Below, piece after piece: positions 14,331 through 29,003 of a stretch of DNA of 64,000 nt. The notes under the pieces were generated by a model. It searched no databases. It saw nothing but the letters and a program-made list of their open reading frames with translations, and had not been told where the DNA came from. Source of the DNA: Epiperipatus broadwayi (lineage: Eukaryota > Animalia > Onychophora); NCBI GenBank assembly GCA_028023455.1, contig JAQFVV010000003.1:31186001-31250000 (forward strand), given 5' to 3'. The translations under genes were made by a program, and so were the position numbers. Every line of letters begins with the position of its first letter. The first letter of the stretch is position 1.

Positions 14331-16916
14331 CAACTTAAATTTAAATCAATTTAATAATTTAATTTATTAAAAATATATTTAGATTAGGGTATTTAACTTA
14401 TTTTAAAATCATACATTGTATTCAACTTATTTTTACATCAAATAATATATTTGACCTATTTTTAAAATCTAATAATCCACAAATAATGATACGTGTTTGC
14501 TTTTATCTTTAAATTTATGTTTGAAATTGCAAACTCCTACCCTTTTATAAACAGACCTATACTAAGTATAAATAAAAAATATAATACATATTTTAAGAAG
14601 ATTATTTTAAATTTTAAATAAGTCTTTTAAAATTGCAAAGTTTATAAAAAATAAAGTTCAGATTTGATCAAGAGAGGAAGTCTATTGTTCATATTTAAAG
14701 AAAAATAAAGTTCAGAGATTTTAAATTAAAGAGAGTTTATAATTCACTTTTATTCTTTATAATCTATATTTTCCTTTTTTGGGGTGCATTCCTTCGTGAT
14801 AAAGACCTGAATTTATGCAAGGGTCATTTCTTGTGGATGATGACGATTTATGAAGACTTACGACACTTTATGAAGATGGTTCCAGTGGTTCAATTCTGGG
14901 ATCCATGGAGATGGAAGCTGCCTTCAGCGGCCAATCCAAGGGAAGCATGATTAAACAGATTACATTTTTGGTAACAATGACAATAACTCTTAAGTTTCTT
15001 TTCTTTTCAGCAATGGCAAACAAATTCAAAATTTCTAATCTTTTAATTTATTATTTCTTTTGAATTTTTCCTTTTATAGTCCTGAAGCGTCTTATCTAGG
15101 AATGCTCTGATCCATCTGACATATTTTGTATAGGTATTTTATTGGTTCATTAGTGCTGTGGTTAAGACTATTTTTCCTCTGTGGTCTGTGTATATATTTT
15201 GGGCAGGAAAAACAAGTCTTTTGTTTCTATCTCTTAACTCTTTTCTATTTTGTAATCTTTTTAATGATCATTTTGCCCTAAGGACCTGTTTGTAATTTTA
15301 TTTTTGTTAAAAACTCTTCATTATTTTTAAGATTAAAGGTTTTTTTATTATATTTATTTAAAGATTATAATCTTTGCTTTGATTCTATAATTTTTTAAGC
15401 TTATTTTGTTTCAGTATTTAAATGAAATTTATTAATAAATTAATAACTCTTTATTTGTGCCTTTTGAATGTCTGTGCATTTAATTCATTATTATATATCT
15501 ACAAAAAAAAATTAAGTACCAAAATTTAAATGTAATGTAGATATATCTCGTTTCACTATATTCTGCAAGAGAAATAAGGAGAACAGTTGTTAACTTGAAA
15601 ATAAAATGCATTGGTTCATTTGATTAATGAAGTACAAAAAAATCAAGTCAGATGTCACCTGACCTAATTTAATAAGCTCTATATATAGGATTAATGAAGT
15701 AAACTCATATTCACCATGAATTAGCATTTACCCTTCATATACATGCAAAAGTTCTGACACTATTTTGATCATCCGTCTCTCTTGTTGTATGCCATTAAGT
15801 TTACATAAAACTTAGAAAATATTGTGAACTTAATTTATTTTCTTTCCATTTTATCATATTAAGAACTATAGTATTTGTTGTAAAATTATGTAAGATTAAA
15901 TATAATATAATAATGATTATCAATCCTCAGGTGAAAAAAATATTTTTACTTTGTCCTCATGACAGCCATTAATATATAGTTAGTTACTTTTTATTCATTC
16001 TTTACCAGATATCTTTTTTCCTTAATCATTATATTAATACACAGTTATGAATACTAACTAAATCTGAGCATCATAAAACTATTTTAAGATTACTAAATCA
16101 AAATTTTATTTACAAATCGAAATAAAAATAACTCAGATTTTCATAAATAAGATATGTTTATAAAAAATTTATTGTTAACTACATATGGATAAAAATTATT
16201 GCATCATAGAATTGACTGTTTTACATGTGCTAATATTGAATATTGATTACATAATCTGATGTTAATTCTAAATGATTAAACATTTTATTTTAGTTGTATT
16301 AAAGGTTACAATGAATATAAAACTATTATTGTTTTCACAGTATTGTTTAATATTATATGCATTTAAATTCATTAATATTAAATTCTTCTTAATATTAAAT
16401 TATACTTTTTATTTATTTATTTCATTATTTATGGTACCTTTTCTTCTTCTTAGAAGTATTATTCTTATATCTTCTCCTATACTTTTTTGCATTTTTTTAT
16501 ATACATATGTATATTACTTTTTTATAATCTCCTCATATACACTCTAATGCAACATTTTATATAATTCCTTCTTTAGATTTAACAGTTTCAACTGCTCTGC
16601 AGTCTACATCAAAGCTTTGTATAACTTTCTTTTTTCTTTTTACACTCATAATTGATTTTTATAAATGTAAAAAGGAAGAAGAAAGTTTATACAAAGCTGT
16701 GATGAAGACTGCAGGCCAGTTGAAACTGTTAGAAAAATAAAGGTGGAATTATATAAAAATTTGCATTAGAATGTATATAAGGAGATTATAAAAAAGTAAT
16801 ATATATGGTACATTAATATTTACATTAATATTAATATTTATTGTATTGTTTACAGCATAGGTTATTGCCTTTGAAAAGTATATCATTAATGGTATATTGA
16901 TCTTATTGTAAGCAGA

Positions 16917-17215
16917 GTGGTCTTCGATCATTCTATCATCAGATTTTCAATTGGATGGATAGTTGAAGAGTTGGAGTGTGTAGTAGATTGGAGCCTGTCC
17001 ATTAAAGTATGAAGATTGTCTATCTTAATACACTTATAGTATATATGTGTAGGAGATGATAATCTGGACCAATTGATGATTGCTGGTTTAGCATGAAATA
17101 CATATATTGGTGATTATTTATCTTTTCAGCATATAGGTGCTAGAGTGTATCAGTGTTATTAGATAGAGTGGAGTGTGATGGGTTGTCTGAAAGTCTGTGC
17201 TCATATACCCTATAT
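16917..17215 (+). repeat. Solo arm of the hammerhead-bearing foldback family at 28916-29539
   Basis: Aligns with 29265-29539 and is the reverse complement of the left arm plus the spacer start (gtggtcttcgatcattctatcatcagattttcaattggatgg). Confidence 0.85.
17064..17129 (+). ncRNA. Degenerate type I hammerhead ribozyme (C3>U)
   Basis: ctggaccaa TTGATGA ttgctggtttagcat GAAA tacata...tattta TC ttttcag; same fold as 29386-29451 with a core mutation. Confidence 0.45.
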
Positions 17216-17345
17216 ATTATATAAACCTATTCATAAAACAAAATATTACTTGGATAATTCATAATTCAGATTCCCCCCCCCAAAAAAAAAAATCACCCAA
17301 TTTGCAAATAGTGATGTTTTATATTAATACCAATCTATTTTTCAG

Positions 17346-17379
17346 ATTAAACAAATGGATCGACATTGATATAATAAAG
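17346..17379 (+). CDS. Candidate 34-nt internal exon (…LNKWIDIDIIK)
   Basis: atctatttttcag acceptor, strong AAG|gtaagt donor, only one open frame. Confidence 0.55.
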
Positions 17380-17618
17380 GTAAGTATTAATTTTCTAGTT
17401 CAATTAAATAATTCTTTGACAATATAGATTATGAATTACTATAATAACATTTTTATACATGTTTGTGGATTTTGTTGTTTTATGAAAAAGTTTATATTAT
17501 CACTGTTATGTAATTGATAAATTCATAATTTATTTATGGTCTTATTAAAATCATTACATTATATATCATATATTATTGATTATTTAATTGATCACCACTT
17601 ATGTGTAATTGTGCATTT

Positions 17619-17620
<2 letters not shown>

Positions 17621-17702
<82 letters not shown>
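17621..17702. repeat. (TA)n microsatellite, about 41 units
   Basis: Directly visible; explains the YIYIYI ORFs. Confidence 0.98.
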
Positions 17703-17703
<1 letters not shown>

Positions 17704-17724
17704 TAAATGCACAATTATATATAT

Positions 17725-19822
17725 ATATTGTGGATGATGTGATTATCACATCTTCCACCATTGAAGAACATCTTCAACAACTCACTACGTTTTTCCAGTT
17801 GTGCTTCCGAAAAGGGATAAAAATCAACTTCAAGAAAAGTACCCTAGTATCTAACCAGGTAGACTTTCTCTGTCATATCATAGGTTGTAATGGGATAAGA
17901 CCTCATCTGGACAAGATCCCTGCAATTCAAAACTTTCTTAGGCCTATTAACAAAAAGCAAATTTGGTCATTCTTAGGTTTGTAATTTTTACCACCATTTC
18001 TACAAAACATTTGCTGACCACATGGAACCTTTTGTGAAACTAATCAGAAAAAAAGAAAAATGGAAGTGGACCAAGGAACAGGGGAGAGTGTTTGAAAATA
18101 TTAAAACAGAGTTTTTAGAGCAAATGATTTTGGCTTTCCCTGATTTTGATAAACCATTTGTCATTCAAACTGACAGTAGTGGTTTTGCATTAAGGGTAAT
18201 GTTATCCCAAATCCAGGAGTATAGTCAACCAGGCATCCTCTACTTTATCAGCTGACTCCTAAAAGGTCCGGAGTTGAATTATACAGTAACAGAGAAGAAA
18301 GCACTAGCTATAGTGTGGGCCTTCCAGAAGTTCTGACAGATGCTTCTCATATCTGAGGTGATAGTGGTCACAGACCATAAAAGCCTCAAATTTCTGAACC
18401 ATGGCTATTTAACCAACAGTCACCTAGTTAGGTAGAGTCTGCTGTTGCAGGAATTTAATTGCACTGTGAGGTATTGCAAAGAATCTGAGAACATAGTGGC
18501 TGACATACTTAGTCAGAATCCATGTGTCAGATCAAAAACATCTATCTGTAGAAGATGCCTATATTATGAATGTCGACCTAATAACTGCCAGTAACGTAGA
18601 GAATGAGTTGGAAAAATTACCCAAATTACAGTTTGAAGATCCCAATTTAAATTTAATCATAAGAGCCCTAAAGGGAGAGGAAGTTTTGAATGTGCCCAAG
18701 AATTTTATACTTTATAAGATAGAAAATCAGGTCTTGTTATATGAAATTGATATGAATACTGTAGAGTGGAGGGTAGTGATATCTAAAATGTTATGCACCC
18801 CATTCATAAAGTACATACACTGTTTGTATGGACACTATGGTGCCTGTAAAACAGAACATACTATGGAAACTTGGTTTTACTGGCTAGGCATGTATAGAGA
18901 TATCTTGAGAACACTCCAGGATTGTCTGGTATACCTAAAACTAAGCCAGTGAACCAAAAATATAGTGAGGTATTAAAATCTATAATTCCAATGAGATCTT
19001 GGGGATCAATTATTATGGACCATTACCTCCATTCAATAAGCAAATATATCTCTTGGTCACCTATGATCTCTTTTTGAAATGTTTCTGCTCACCCTATGTC
19101 CCAGGCTAATACCAGACATACAATCAGGGTATTAGATAAGATAGGAAAGCCTAAATCTATTTTGACAGACCATGGAACACCTTTTCTATCTAAGGACTGG
19201 AAAAGATGGGTGGAAAAGCTACAAATTAAACACATGCTCACTTCCATTAGGAATCCACAGTCAAACCCTTGTGAACGCATGATGTGGGAGCTTGGCCATT
19301 TGTACAGGACTTACCTAAAGGATGAGAATAGGGGGTGGGTGAAGCAGACAGAATATGTAGAGAATTATATTAATTGGGGTGTAAATGAATCCACTGGATT
19401 CGCACCCATACAACTACATTTTGACCAACCTATTCCTTCATTATTTTTAAAATACCAGCCTCCAATTAAATATTATCAATATGACATAGAAATAAAAATT
19501 CAAATGGCTCACCAACAGTTAATTGATAAAGCTAATATTAGGAATAAGAAATAAGAGGAAAAGTAGATATCACTTTAAGATTGGAAACAATGTTTTTGTG
19601 AGAACACATCACCCAAGTAAACCAATGGATAACATTTATCATAAATTTCATCAACAATATTCTGGGCCATACCCTACTGAAAAACAAGCTGGCCCAAATG
19701 CATTTTGGTTAAACATTGAGGGAGAACTAAAAGGAAGTTATAATGCATGGATATTGAAGCCGTACATTGGTTATCAAGAAGATCCACCAAATGTGGAAGC
19801 ACAGTTGTCCATAAATGAATGA
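17725..19822 (+). pseudogene. Decayed Ty3/Gypsy pol (RT C-terminus, RNase H, integrase, C-terminal GPY region)
   Basis: YIVDDVIITS...HL, FLCHII, SFLGL (RT); LAFPDFDKPFVIQTDSSG and NYTVTEK.ALAIVWA, TDHK (RNase H); H..GH..W.GM..DI (integrase zinc finger); ILTDHGTPF and NPQSN..ERM (integrase core); YSGPY. The order is RT-RH-INT, with many stops and frameshifts. Confidence 0.93.
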
Positions 19823-20443
19823 ATATGACTAATGTAGATGAAAGTGGAATTTATATATATATATATGTATATGTGTGTGTGTATGCAAGTATATTGTAAT
19901 AAGAGAAAGGTAGCATTGTATGTGAGTAAATGACTAGAGTAGAAACATGTAATGAGGATACACTCAAGTTAATGTGGAAACATTCATTGGGGTATCTTAG
20001 AACTGGCAAGATGTGGGAGTTGACTCAGACAATGTGGTGATGGCATCCCATATTTTGTTCAGTCCTTATAGAAATCCAATAAGACTCCAAGAAGCAGGAT
20101 ATAGGCCAACAAACCCAAATATGTGCCTTCTGGAACAAAGACACTTAGCCAGTCAAATTCAAGTTATTCAACCATCATAAGGTCAGTAAATTTTGTTAAA
20201 GACAGTAGGAATAATGTTAGTGATAACAGTAGTTCAATTCTAAGATGAAAGAGATAAGGACAGGAATTCAACAAAAATGAGTCATAAAGAAAAAATGGAT
20301 ATTAATGAGTAAATTAAAATAAATAAGTAAGCATTAGAACTCTCCCTTATTTAAAAAGAAATAATAAAATGATCCAACATGATAACCATTCAAGCCTTTG
20401 TTCATGTGCTAAAATTTGACAATAGTCTAAATTTTAATCATCT

Positions 20444-20458
20444 AAGGGTGGGGCGAAA
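20444..20458 (+). other. Polypurine tract of the Gypsy element, immediately before a TGTAAGG 3' LTR start at 20459
   Basis: aagggtggggcgaaa|tgtaagg downstream of pol; the right end of the LTR was not identified. Confidence 0.65.
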
Positions 20459-21273
20459 TGTAAGGTGATGCCCAATCCTTATAAAAAAAAAACATGTTTT
20501 GGAATGACAAGCTAAGTTTATGAAGATTAGATAGGCAGCCAACCTTTAAAACACATTGAATAATTTTATGATATTTTGAGACACACACACACATATATAA
20601 ATAACCATGCTCTCAAAAAGGAATGAATTTATGTGTTGTTTTGTTAAAATAAATGTGAAATAGAGCATCTACACATGCAGATTTATACATTGTAGATTTA
20701 ATAGTTTTAATCATAACATGACAGACATAATAATAATTTAACATTAAGAGATGCTAGCAACCAAGTTTCTTTTGTTTAAAAGAGTAAAAAAAAGGAGTAA
20801 ACATTTGTTGATTTTGAACATAAAAAAAAAGCTAAGCAACAGTTTAGTTTTGTTTATTGTTCTTAAAAATGAAATACAGTTGAAAGTAAAGATTTAGAAT
20901 AAGAATATTTATTATTGTTATATTAATTATCATGATTATATTTCGTTTTTAAAAAACTGTTTAATATCTTGAATTCCATTTATCTATTATTGATTTGTTA
21001 AAGTGCAGGATATTTTAAAAAGAAAAGAGACATTCTTTATTTAAGTTATGAACTTTCATTCAAATAAATTCTCAGAGATTTATATTTGCTTATCAACTGC
21101 AAAAGTCATATAATTAAGCAAACTAATAAGGAAATAAAATTTTAAAATACTAAACTGCATACAAATAGCATTTCTATTTATTATTATAATGCAAACTTTG
21201 AAAAAGCCTACATTTAACTACTTATTTGGATATATAATATAATGATGCAATCTTGTTAAATTAATTGTTGCAG

Positions 21274-21304
21274 GATGTTTGTGACTTTTTTGTGTCATCA
21301 GATG
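21274..21304 (+). CDS. Weak candidate 31-nt exon (DVCDFFVSSD)
   Basis: ttaattgttgcag acceptor and G|gtgata donor; in phase after 17346-17379, but alternative donors exist. Confidence 0.2.
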
Positions 21305-24300
21305 GTGATAAAGTCTAACCATTGGTATGCCTAGTGTCTAAATAAGCATGGAATAATTTAGAGAAAGTTCTCATGGAATTGGAAAGGAAATTGCTACAAA
21401 ATCAGGAGCTTTATGAGTTCGTTTTCATTGTGGGAATTATTTTAAGTGGTTGGAGTTTGAAATCATTCAACATGCTCGAATAAAAGAAAGACAACATCTG
21501 CTAAAAACACTGAAGCCATTCTTACAAATTTTAAGCCTTTATTTTTAAAAAAGTCCAAGATTTCATTTAATTTTGATGCTTTTAAATATTTTATATTTGT
21601 ATTTTTTGGTATATACTGAGAGTTGAGTTAAGATTTTTCTCATCCTTTTACTCATTTGTCAAAAACATTTTTTTCTCTAAATCTTAAAATGTAAAGAACC
21701 CATTTTGCTTAAATTTTGATAGGAGGAGAAAAATATAAATACACAAATCAAGGCATACATACATAATTTTATATGTTTGTAAATAAAATCTTAGCATAAT
21801 TGGGTGCATTTGATTTGACATCTGGACATTGACTTTAAAGACAAGGGTAAGATGGGTAAGATTTTTAAACATCTACATTTAATTAGGCATTTAATATATA
21901 AAATTAAATATTTATTTTATTTACTAACAAGTAATTATATATGAGTAAATTTTTCTGGTTGTATGATTAACAACAGTCTTACGAATGAACTCTATCTATA
22001 AAACATAAATTAACAATCCATAGACATAAGTGTAATATACATTCAGATGACACCATCAAATTAAACATTGAACATCTAATAATATAGTTTGATCCTCAAG
22101 AATATAGTTACTTTATTCTACATTGTGCATTGTAATTTTTTTTAAAATTGATATATTTAATATTTAATACTTCTGTTGTTCAGATTGGGGTATGTGACCA
22201 TTTTGTTATAATCAAGAATAAACAGTAATATTAAGTTGTATTATAGTAAAGACAGATCCATATTTTCTTATATTCATGTTTATATTTTATTATGTTATAA
22301 AGGTTAGAAATTTAACCCAGATTTTGATAATAAATATTTGTTGTTGGAGTTAAAATCTTTGTTTCTCTGGTCTCTAGATTATGAAGCATCATTCATACTT
22401 CACTCACCAGAATATCTATCATACATGTGTATACATTTTAAATATATTCATTAGCAAAAAGCCACTAGGGACCTATATAGAGGTAATGTTAATGCCATCC
22501 TATTTAAATCCATCGTTGAGTAGAGTTAAAGACAAATTTCTTCACTAAGTTTGAACTCTGAGACATAATAGGACCTGTAAGTTGAGGGGGCTCTGGGTAA
22601 AACATTTTAAATTGTATTTTGACCAAATTTTAAAGTTTATCTCAACTTTTGTAGTCAAGTTCAAATATTGGTCAAGTATAATGTAGGCCTTTCCCCATAT
22701 TCTCCAATCAACAATATTCCATTGCTTACTGTTCTACTTTGATACATTGAGTATCCATCTGAAAATTGTGCCAGATCTTGGTCCATTACATTTTTGGGCA
22801 TGAACAGTTAGAGAAATTATGTCTGATGGTCCGTTACAATATATATATATATATCATTTTGAAGCTGGCTGTTTTGAAATACAAATTCAAATCAATTTTT
22901 TCAGAGAAAGTGGTGCTGGAATAATTTCATATATACATATATATTGTATCGATCATGGGAGGGCTAACTATGATTATACATGTTTTTTTATAGTTGTGGT
23001 TAATGGGATATGCTCACTACATTTATTATTTCTTTACTTTAAATTTATCAAATATAACTGTAAAATCGTTTGTAAATTTGTGACAGCTTTGGCCAAGCAA
23101 TCATACCCTCAAGCAGAGGGATAGAATATTATTGATAAATTAGCTACCAATCATACCTATGACCATCTGAGACTGCATGAATGCACAATCTCAATCATTT
23201 TTGCTGATCATAGCACCTTTCCATAACTTCTGAGACCACACCAATCATCCAAAGGCACTTGATTTTTTTCAAAAATCAATCCCAGGCACCATCTTGCCAC
23301 ATAAACTATATATGATCAGAATTCTTGGATGAAAAAAATAGCAAAACTCAGCACTTGGAAAACTTACCCAGACTAACTCCTACACCAAAAGGGGGGAAGT
23401 ATGAGAGGATCCAGTGCATTGATAATCATTTAATCATGGTGATGCAGGTAAAGGAAAGAGAACAGACCAAATAATATTTAGCAAACACTTTTTATTTCTA
23501 CACACACACACTCCAATAGGTTAATGCTTCAATAACACAAATACATTTAACACAGAAAAATAAATGTACAATAATTATCAAACAAACTAAATATCATTTA
23601 AACAACAATTAATTCAGCACCTATTTCCCTTATAATTCTTACATTTGTAATATTAATAGTCATTTCTTCTAACAGTCCAGTTGCTCTTAAATAATGTCTA
23701 AACATTTATCAACAACATTAGAATATTTTATATTTACCTAGGTTTTTAACTTGGATATGACATCATTTCACAATTTGAACAGTCCTCCTTCAATGGTTTC
23801 TGATCTTCTAAGTCCTGGATGCTCCTGGCATTCCTCATAGCTGGCCATTCAGTCATCAACAATAGTTTCTTTTCCTTCTTCAGTGCTTCTGAGTGACAAT
23901 AGAGGAGAGCATGCAGCAGATTCTCATATTACGGGTGAGATATTAATAGCAGGCAAAAGAGACTGATAGTGCTGGGAACCATATGAAATTTTAATATTTA
24001 TATCAGAATGTAAATATAGAGCGAATAATAATAAGAAAATATAGGTGAATCTGCATTAAGATTTGTACTTGATATAAACTCCAGTCTCATCATTATTCAT
24101 ATCTATTATCAAATTAGGGGCAACATTTTTGTATAGTCATTCCATCATTGACATGGTCACCCACTGGTAATCATTTCTCCCTAGAAGAGTATATTGAAGT
24201 GAACAAAATGACATGCAAATTTAGTTTTAAAAAAAACTGAAATGAGGTTCAAGAAAAAAATTAAGTTTTGATATAAAATCAGTCTTTTTCTTTCTTTTAA

Positions 24301-25779
24301 TCAGAAGTAAATACTACTTGATTCAAATTCCAGGATTTTCTCTATACCTTGTGAATAAAAAGGAAGTTAGATCTAATCTGGAACACTTGTGAATAATACT
24401 TTGAATAATTCTGGCTGAAATGAAGAAACCAGGTTTATTTAAAGGATAGCTATAAATTACAAGATTATATGATCACCATAAACAGATTTTTAATATATGT
24501 CAGAAAGAAGTAAATGGCAATTATTTTGTTTTGGTGAGACTTTTAATTAAAGCCTGATTTGTACTTTATTTTAACTAATCTGAATTTGTAAATAATGTTT
24601 GTTATCTGAATATTATTTTGAAATAAACTGTCAATTAAAAAAAGAAATGAACTTGCAATAACTTCTCCTTAAGTTCTCTTTACTTGTTAATTTTTTAAAA
24701 AAAATAATTATTATATATCACATATGTACACTAAGCTATGAATTTTAAAAAAATAAAGAAATAATGATAATCATGTAAATGCAATGTACACATATACATT
24801 GCCTACGTCTAGATAACCATAGTTAACAATGTAATTATTTTCATTAGTCTCATTTGTAGTTAAACTTATATTTGATTACTGAAATTGGATTTTACATATA
24901 TGGATTTATATATGCACAGTTTTTTGTTCAATGTTTAATAGTGTACATATGTTTGCATTCATATGGAATAATACATTCCTCTCAGTTTGATGAATTAGGG
25001 ATTGATCTCAGAATGAATCATCCCTGTATAAATTGTAGTTGTATTAAATTAAATTTAGGACCAAAAGGCCACTCCTTATACTTTTTGTATAGAAAGTTTA
25101 TTCAATTAGGTTTAGGACCAAAAGACCATCCCTTTATAGTTATTATTATATCAGTGATTATGTTCAGGAAAAAGATCTTTAAAAGATCATTCCTTGGGAT
25201 TATTGTAATAAAGATAGTGCTGATGTCTATCCCATATATAACCTATGTATGTGTAAGTACTAGGAGGCATTCAAGCCAATGAATTCATACATGCATAGAA
25301 TTATACTTAAGTTTATTGAAGTCAGAGTTAAAGGTATAGCAAATGTGTTATATTATCTAGAATATATTGATACTATGATGTATAAAGATTAAAGGACTTT
25401 GTTAAAGAAATAAATTATACATCAATTAATAAGTACACTTGAAAATAAATTATTATTACATAATTTGTTATTTTGGTTATGTAATGGATTTTCAACATTC
25501 ATCAGGAGTACTTTGTATTCTTTTATAAATTTTTGGTTTTCCCAGGGTAACGGCTTCAATTTTTAATTGTTATAAATTTATTTGTCTGAGTTAGATGAAT
25601 GATATGATTGCCCAGACAATTTTTTTTCTAATTGTAAAAAAAAAACCAATAACCAAGAAAGAACAAAGCAAGTTGTGCCATGAAGGAGACATACAAGCAT
25701 ACGTGGTGTTCCAGAAACTTCCAGGAGATGATAAAGTATTGTTTGTGGTACAGCTAATTATAATTGTATTGAACATAAT

Positions 25780-26800
25780 AAGTTTACTGCATTTAAAAAT
25801 TTTAAAGATTATTAAAATGGAGAATGAAAATAAAAAGGATGGAGAGCAGTAGAAACTAATTGAAGCAAATACTTCTGAAAGTAGCTTTGAGTAAGATAGT
25901 TTAGTAACTTTAGATATGGACAATGTTCATCCATATAGTGATTCATGCAATCAAATAAAGCATAAAGACATTAATAACAAAATAAAAATGCACAAGAATA
26001 CTGCATTAGCATCACAATTAGGCATAATTCAGATGATTACAACATTATTTAAACAAATGGAATTGAGATTAATGGACCATAATCAAAAACAAATTATGAA
26101 ATTTGTGCAAATTCAAAACCATGTTTAATGAGGGATTATAAATATATGGCTCAAATGATGGTTAATTTTTGAAAACCATTTAAATCAGAGCAAAAAACTA
26201 AATGATTCAAAACAGATAGAAAATGAACAAGTACAATTTTAAAAAGAAACAATGGATCAAATCATGGACAATAAACAGGATCAATTGCTTTTAAAATCAG
26301 AGAATGAACCAATAAGAGAATGAACTAAGAATAAATGATGAACTTTTAGTTGAATCAGAACTAAAATTATTTGGGAAAAATCTGCAAAATGATATGAACT
26401 CCTTCAAATAAATAAACAAAGACTTGGACATATGCCCAAAGGCTCATAACAAATGTTAGATGGATCAAAAGAATGGGATATACTATATCAATTGCCACCC
26501 ATAATCTCACAGCAGGATAAACAAATACAAATAAAAATAGATCAAAGTTTATTTTATCCCCAAAATAGAATAGAATCACTGTTATCACAAAAACTAAATA
26601 AAGACTTGCCTGATTAATCTATTGAATAAAGAAATTGAACAGCATCAACCAAACATTAAAATGTGTTATACAGATGTACTGTATTTCTACAGAGTTATGC
26701 ATAACAAGAATTTTACTGTTAACTTTACTTACAACTGGGAAGAAATAAAACACATCTTTCTCCCACACCAATTACTTCTTTTCCATTGTTGCCATGAAAA
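25780..26800 (+). pseudogene. Degenerate gag-like ORF
   Basis: Coiled-coil-like N/K/Q-rich fragments (ORFs 25916..26128 and 26622..26852), with NWEEIKHIFL resembling the retrotransposon-gag TWEELKxxFL motif. Confidence 0.35.
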
Positions 26801-27400
26801 AAAAAGCTTTCCAATAGTGTTATTTTTAAACTACATATCAAACAATGGCTGAATAATCAGCTTATAAAGTGCTCATTGGACATCCAAAAAGAATTTTTAA
26901 TAAGTACAATCTTTTTGTTGTTGTTGTTCATTTTTTTAAGTTCAACAATTTGAAATGAACAATCTATTATTCATTTCAATAAAAAAAATTTCTTCTAAGC
27001 AAACTGATATGCAAAGAAGAGAACTGAAATGAGATTCAAGAAACAAACTAAGTTTTGATATAAAATCAGTTTTTCTTTTCTTTTAATCAGAAGGGAATAC
27101 TACTTCATTTAAATCCCAAGAAATTCTGTAAGCCTTATGAATAAAAAGGAGGGACACCACTAACAGTTAGCTAGATCTAATTTGTAATACTTGTGACAAT
27201 ACTTTGAATAACTCTGGATAAAATAAAAAAAACAGACTTATTAAAATGATAGCTATAAATTACAAAATTAAACAGACTTTTAATATTTTTAAAAATTCTG
27301 TTTTGGTGAGTCTTATTCTTAAAATCTAATTTGCACTTTATTTTAACTAATCTGAATTTGTAAATAATGTTTTTTATCTGAATACTATTTTGAAATAAAC

Positions 27401-28640
27401 TTAACCAGTCAAGTGATTATTACGAAAAGATCCCATAGCTAAAAATTTTTTGGACATAGCATGCACCATCTCTTGGTCAATTTGGGTCGCAATTTCTTCA
27501 TTTTAGGCTTATTTGATAGAAAATTCAATGTTTAAAATTGTAGTTCTAAAAACATCCGCATATAGCATTAAATTTAAAAAAAAAAATCAATTTTCTTGAC
27601 TGCCTATTAGTTCATAGGTGTGTCTTTTTCTTTGATTGGATACCTACCAAATCTGGAAATGTCTTCTAGGCATGTTTCTAAATGACAGATTCAGAAATGA
27701 AAATGAAGATGTACATGTTCATAATTGATTTTGATGTAAATAATTATATTTATTGTAATTTTTTATGTTCACATATAAGATAATATAGTGCTATATCAAA
27801 ATATAAAGTTTGACTCGGAAAATTTTAAATATTACAAGAAAAATACATTTGGAGAAATAATCCGTAACAAAAAACAATTATCGCTACAGACTGTAGACGT
27901 GTTTCTAAATGACAGATTCAAAAATGAAAACGAAGATGTACACGTTCGTAATTGGTTTTGATGTAAATAATTATATTTGTTGTAATTTTTTATGTTCGCA
28001 AATAAGATAATATAGTGCTCTATCAAAATATAAAGTTTGACTTGGAAAATTTTAAATATTACAAGAAAAATACATTTGGAGAAATAATCCATAACAAAAA
28101 ACAATTATTGTTACAGACCGTAATCAGGCATTTCTAAACTAAAAATTCAGAATTGAAAATGAAATGTAGTATGCTTTCATATTTTGAAATAAATAATTAT
28201 ATCTATCACGATTTTTCATTAATTTATACAAATATAAAGTTTGATTCCAAAAATGTTAAATTTTACAAGAAAATTAAGTATGCTGGAAATAAAAAGAGAA
28301 TTATTTGACAGCTGGAGAACTGAATAACGACACAATCATTGGTTGGAATATAATTCTTTTGTTTTACTGCTAGCTATTTTTTACACATTTTTTTTATATT
28401 TCTTTATAGTTATTAACATTATTTTTAATTTTTCGTTACATTTAACCAATTTGAATCTAAAATTATTCAATTTTTAAAAGCTGAATTAAAAAAATTCTGT
28501 GTATTTTAGATTAATATTTTAACAATAGAAACCATCTGGAAATGAAATGGACTAATCATATTGTTCTCAGATTTAAGTAGTGGGCCAACAGAAAATTAGA
28601 CAAAGATTAAAAAGTTAAAAGAATCAGTTAAAGGGTTTTT
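27401..28640. mobile_element. ~1.24-kb insertion in repeat copy B with internal ~228-bp tandem repeats (27669-28275, about 2.6 units)
   Basis: Homology to copy A stops at aaataaact and resumes at ttaaaaaaaagaaatgaa; units restart at ~27669, ~27897 and ~28127. Confidence 0.6.
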
Positions 28641-29003
28641 TTTTAAAAAAAAAGAAATGAATTTGTAATAACTTCTCCTTAACTTGTTTACTTGTTAAAA
28701 TTATTTTATTTTATTTTAAAAAATAATTATTATATATCACATATATACACTTAGCTTATGAATTTTGCATAAGTTATTAATGAGGGAAAAAGATAAAGAA
28801 ATAATGATAATCATGTAAATGCAATGCACATATATAAATTGCTTAAATTTCAAATAACTATAGTTAATGATATAACTGAAACACAGGCTTAATATATGCC
28901 TTGTGTCTATATATGTAATATAGGGTATATGAGCACAGACTTTCACATGGCCCACCACTCTCCACTCTATCTAATAACACTGATACACTCAAGCACATAT
29001 ATG

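Noticed and set aside
14770-15500. GC-richer, coding-like minus-strand segment
   Set aside because: All frames are interrupted and no recognisable motif was found.
21420-21550. RFHCGNYFKWLEF as a GRF-type zinc-finger fragment
   Set aside because: Needs a frameshift and lacks the upstream cysteines; similarity too short.
23150-23950. Possible decayed transposase or other coding fragments on the minus strand (e.g. WQDGA)
   Set aside because: Isolated short matches with no consistent DDE context.
25480-25510. Minus-strand CTGATGA-atgtt-GAAA as a hammerhead
   Set aside because: Stem I cannot form and stem II is 1 bp.
27401-28640. piggyBac assignment from the TTAA start and AGGG near the end
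   Set aside because: The ends are not reciprocal TIRs and there is no TTAA duplication at the right boundary.
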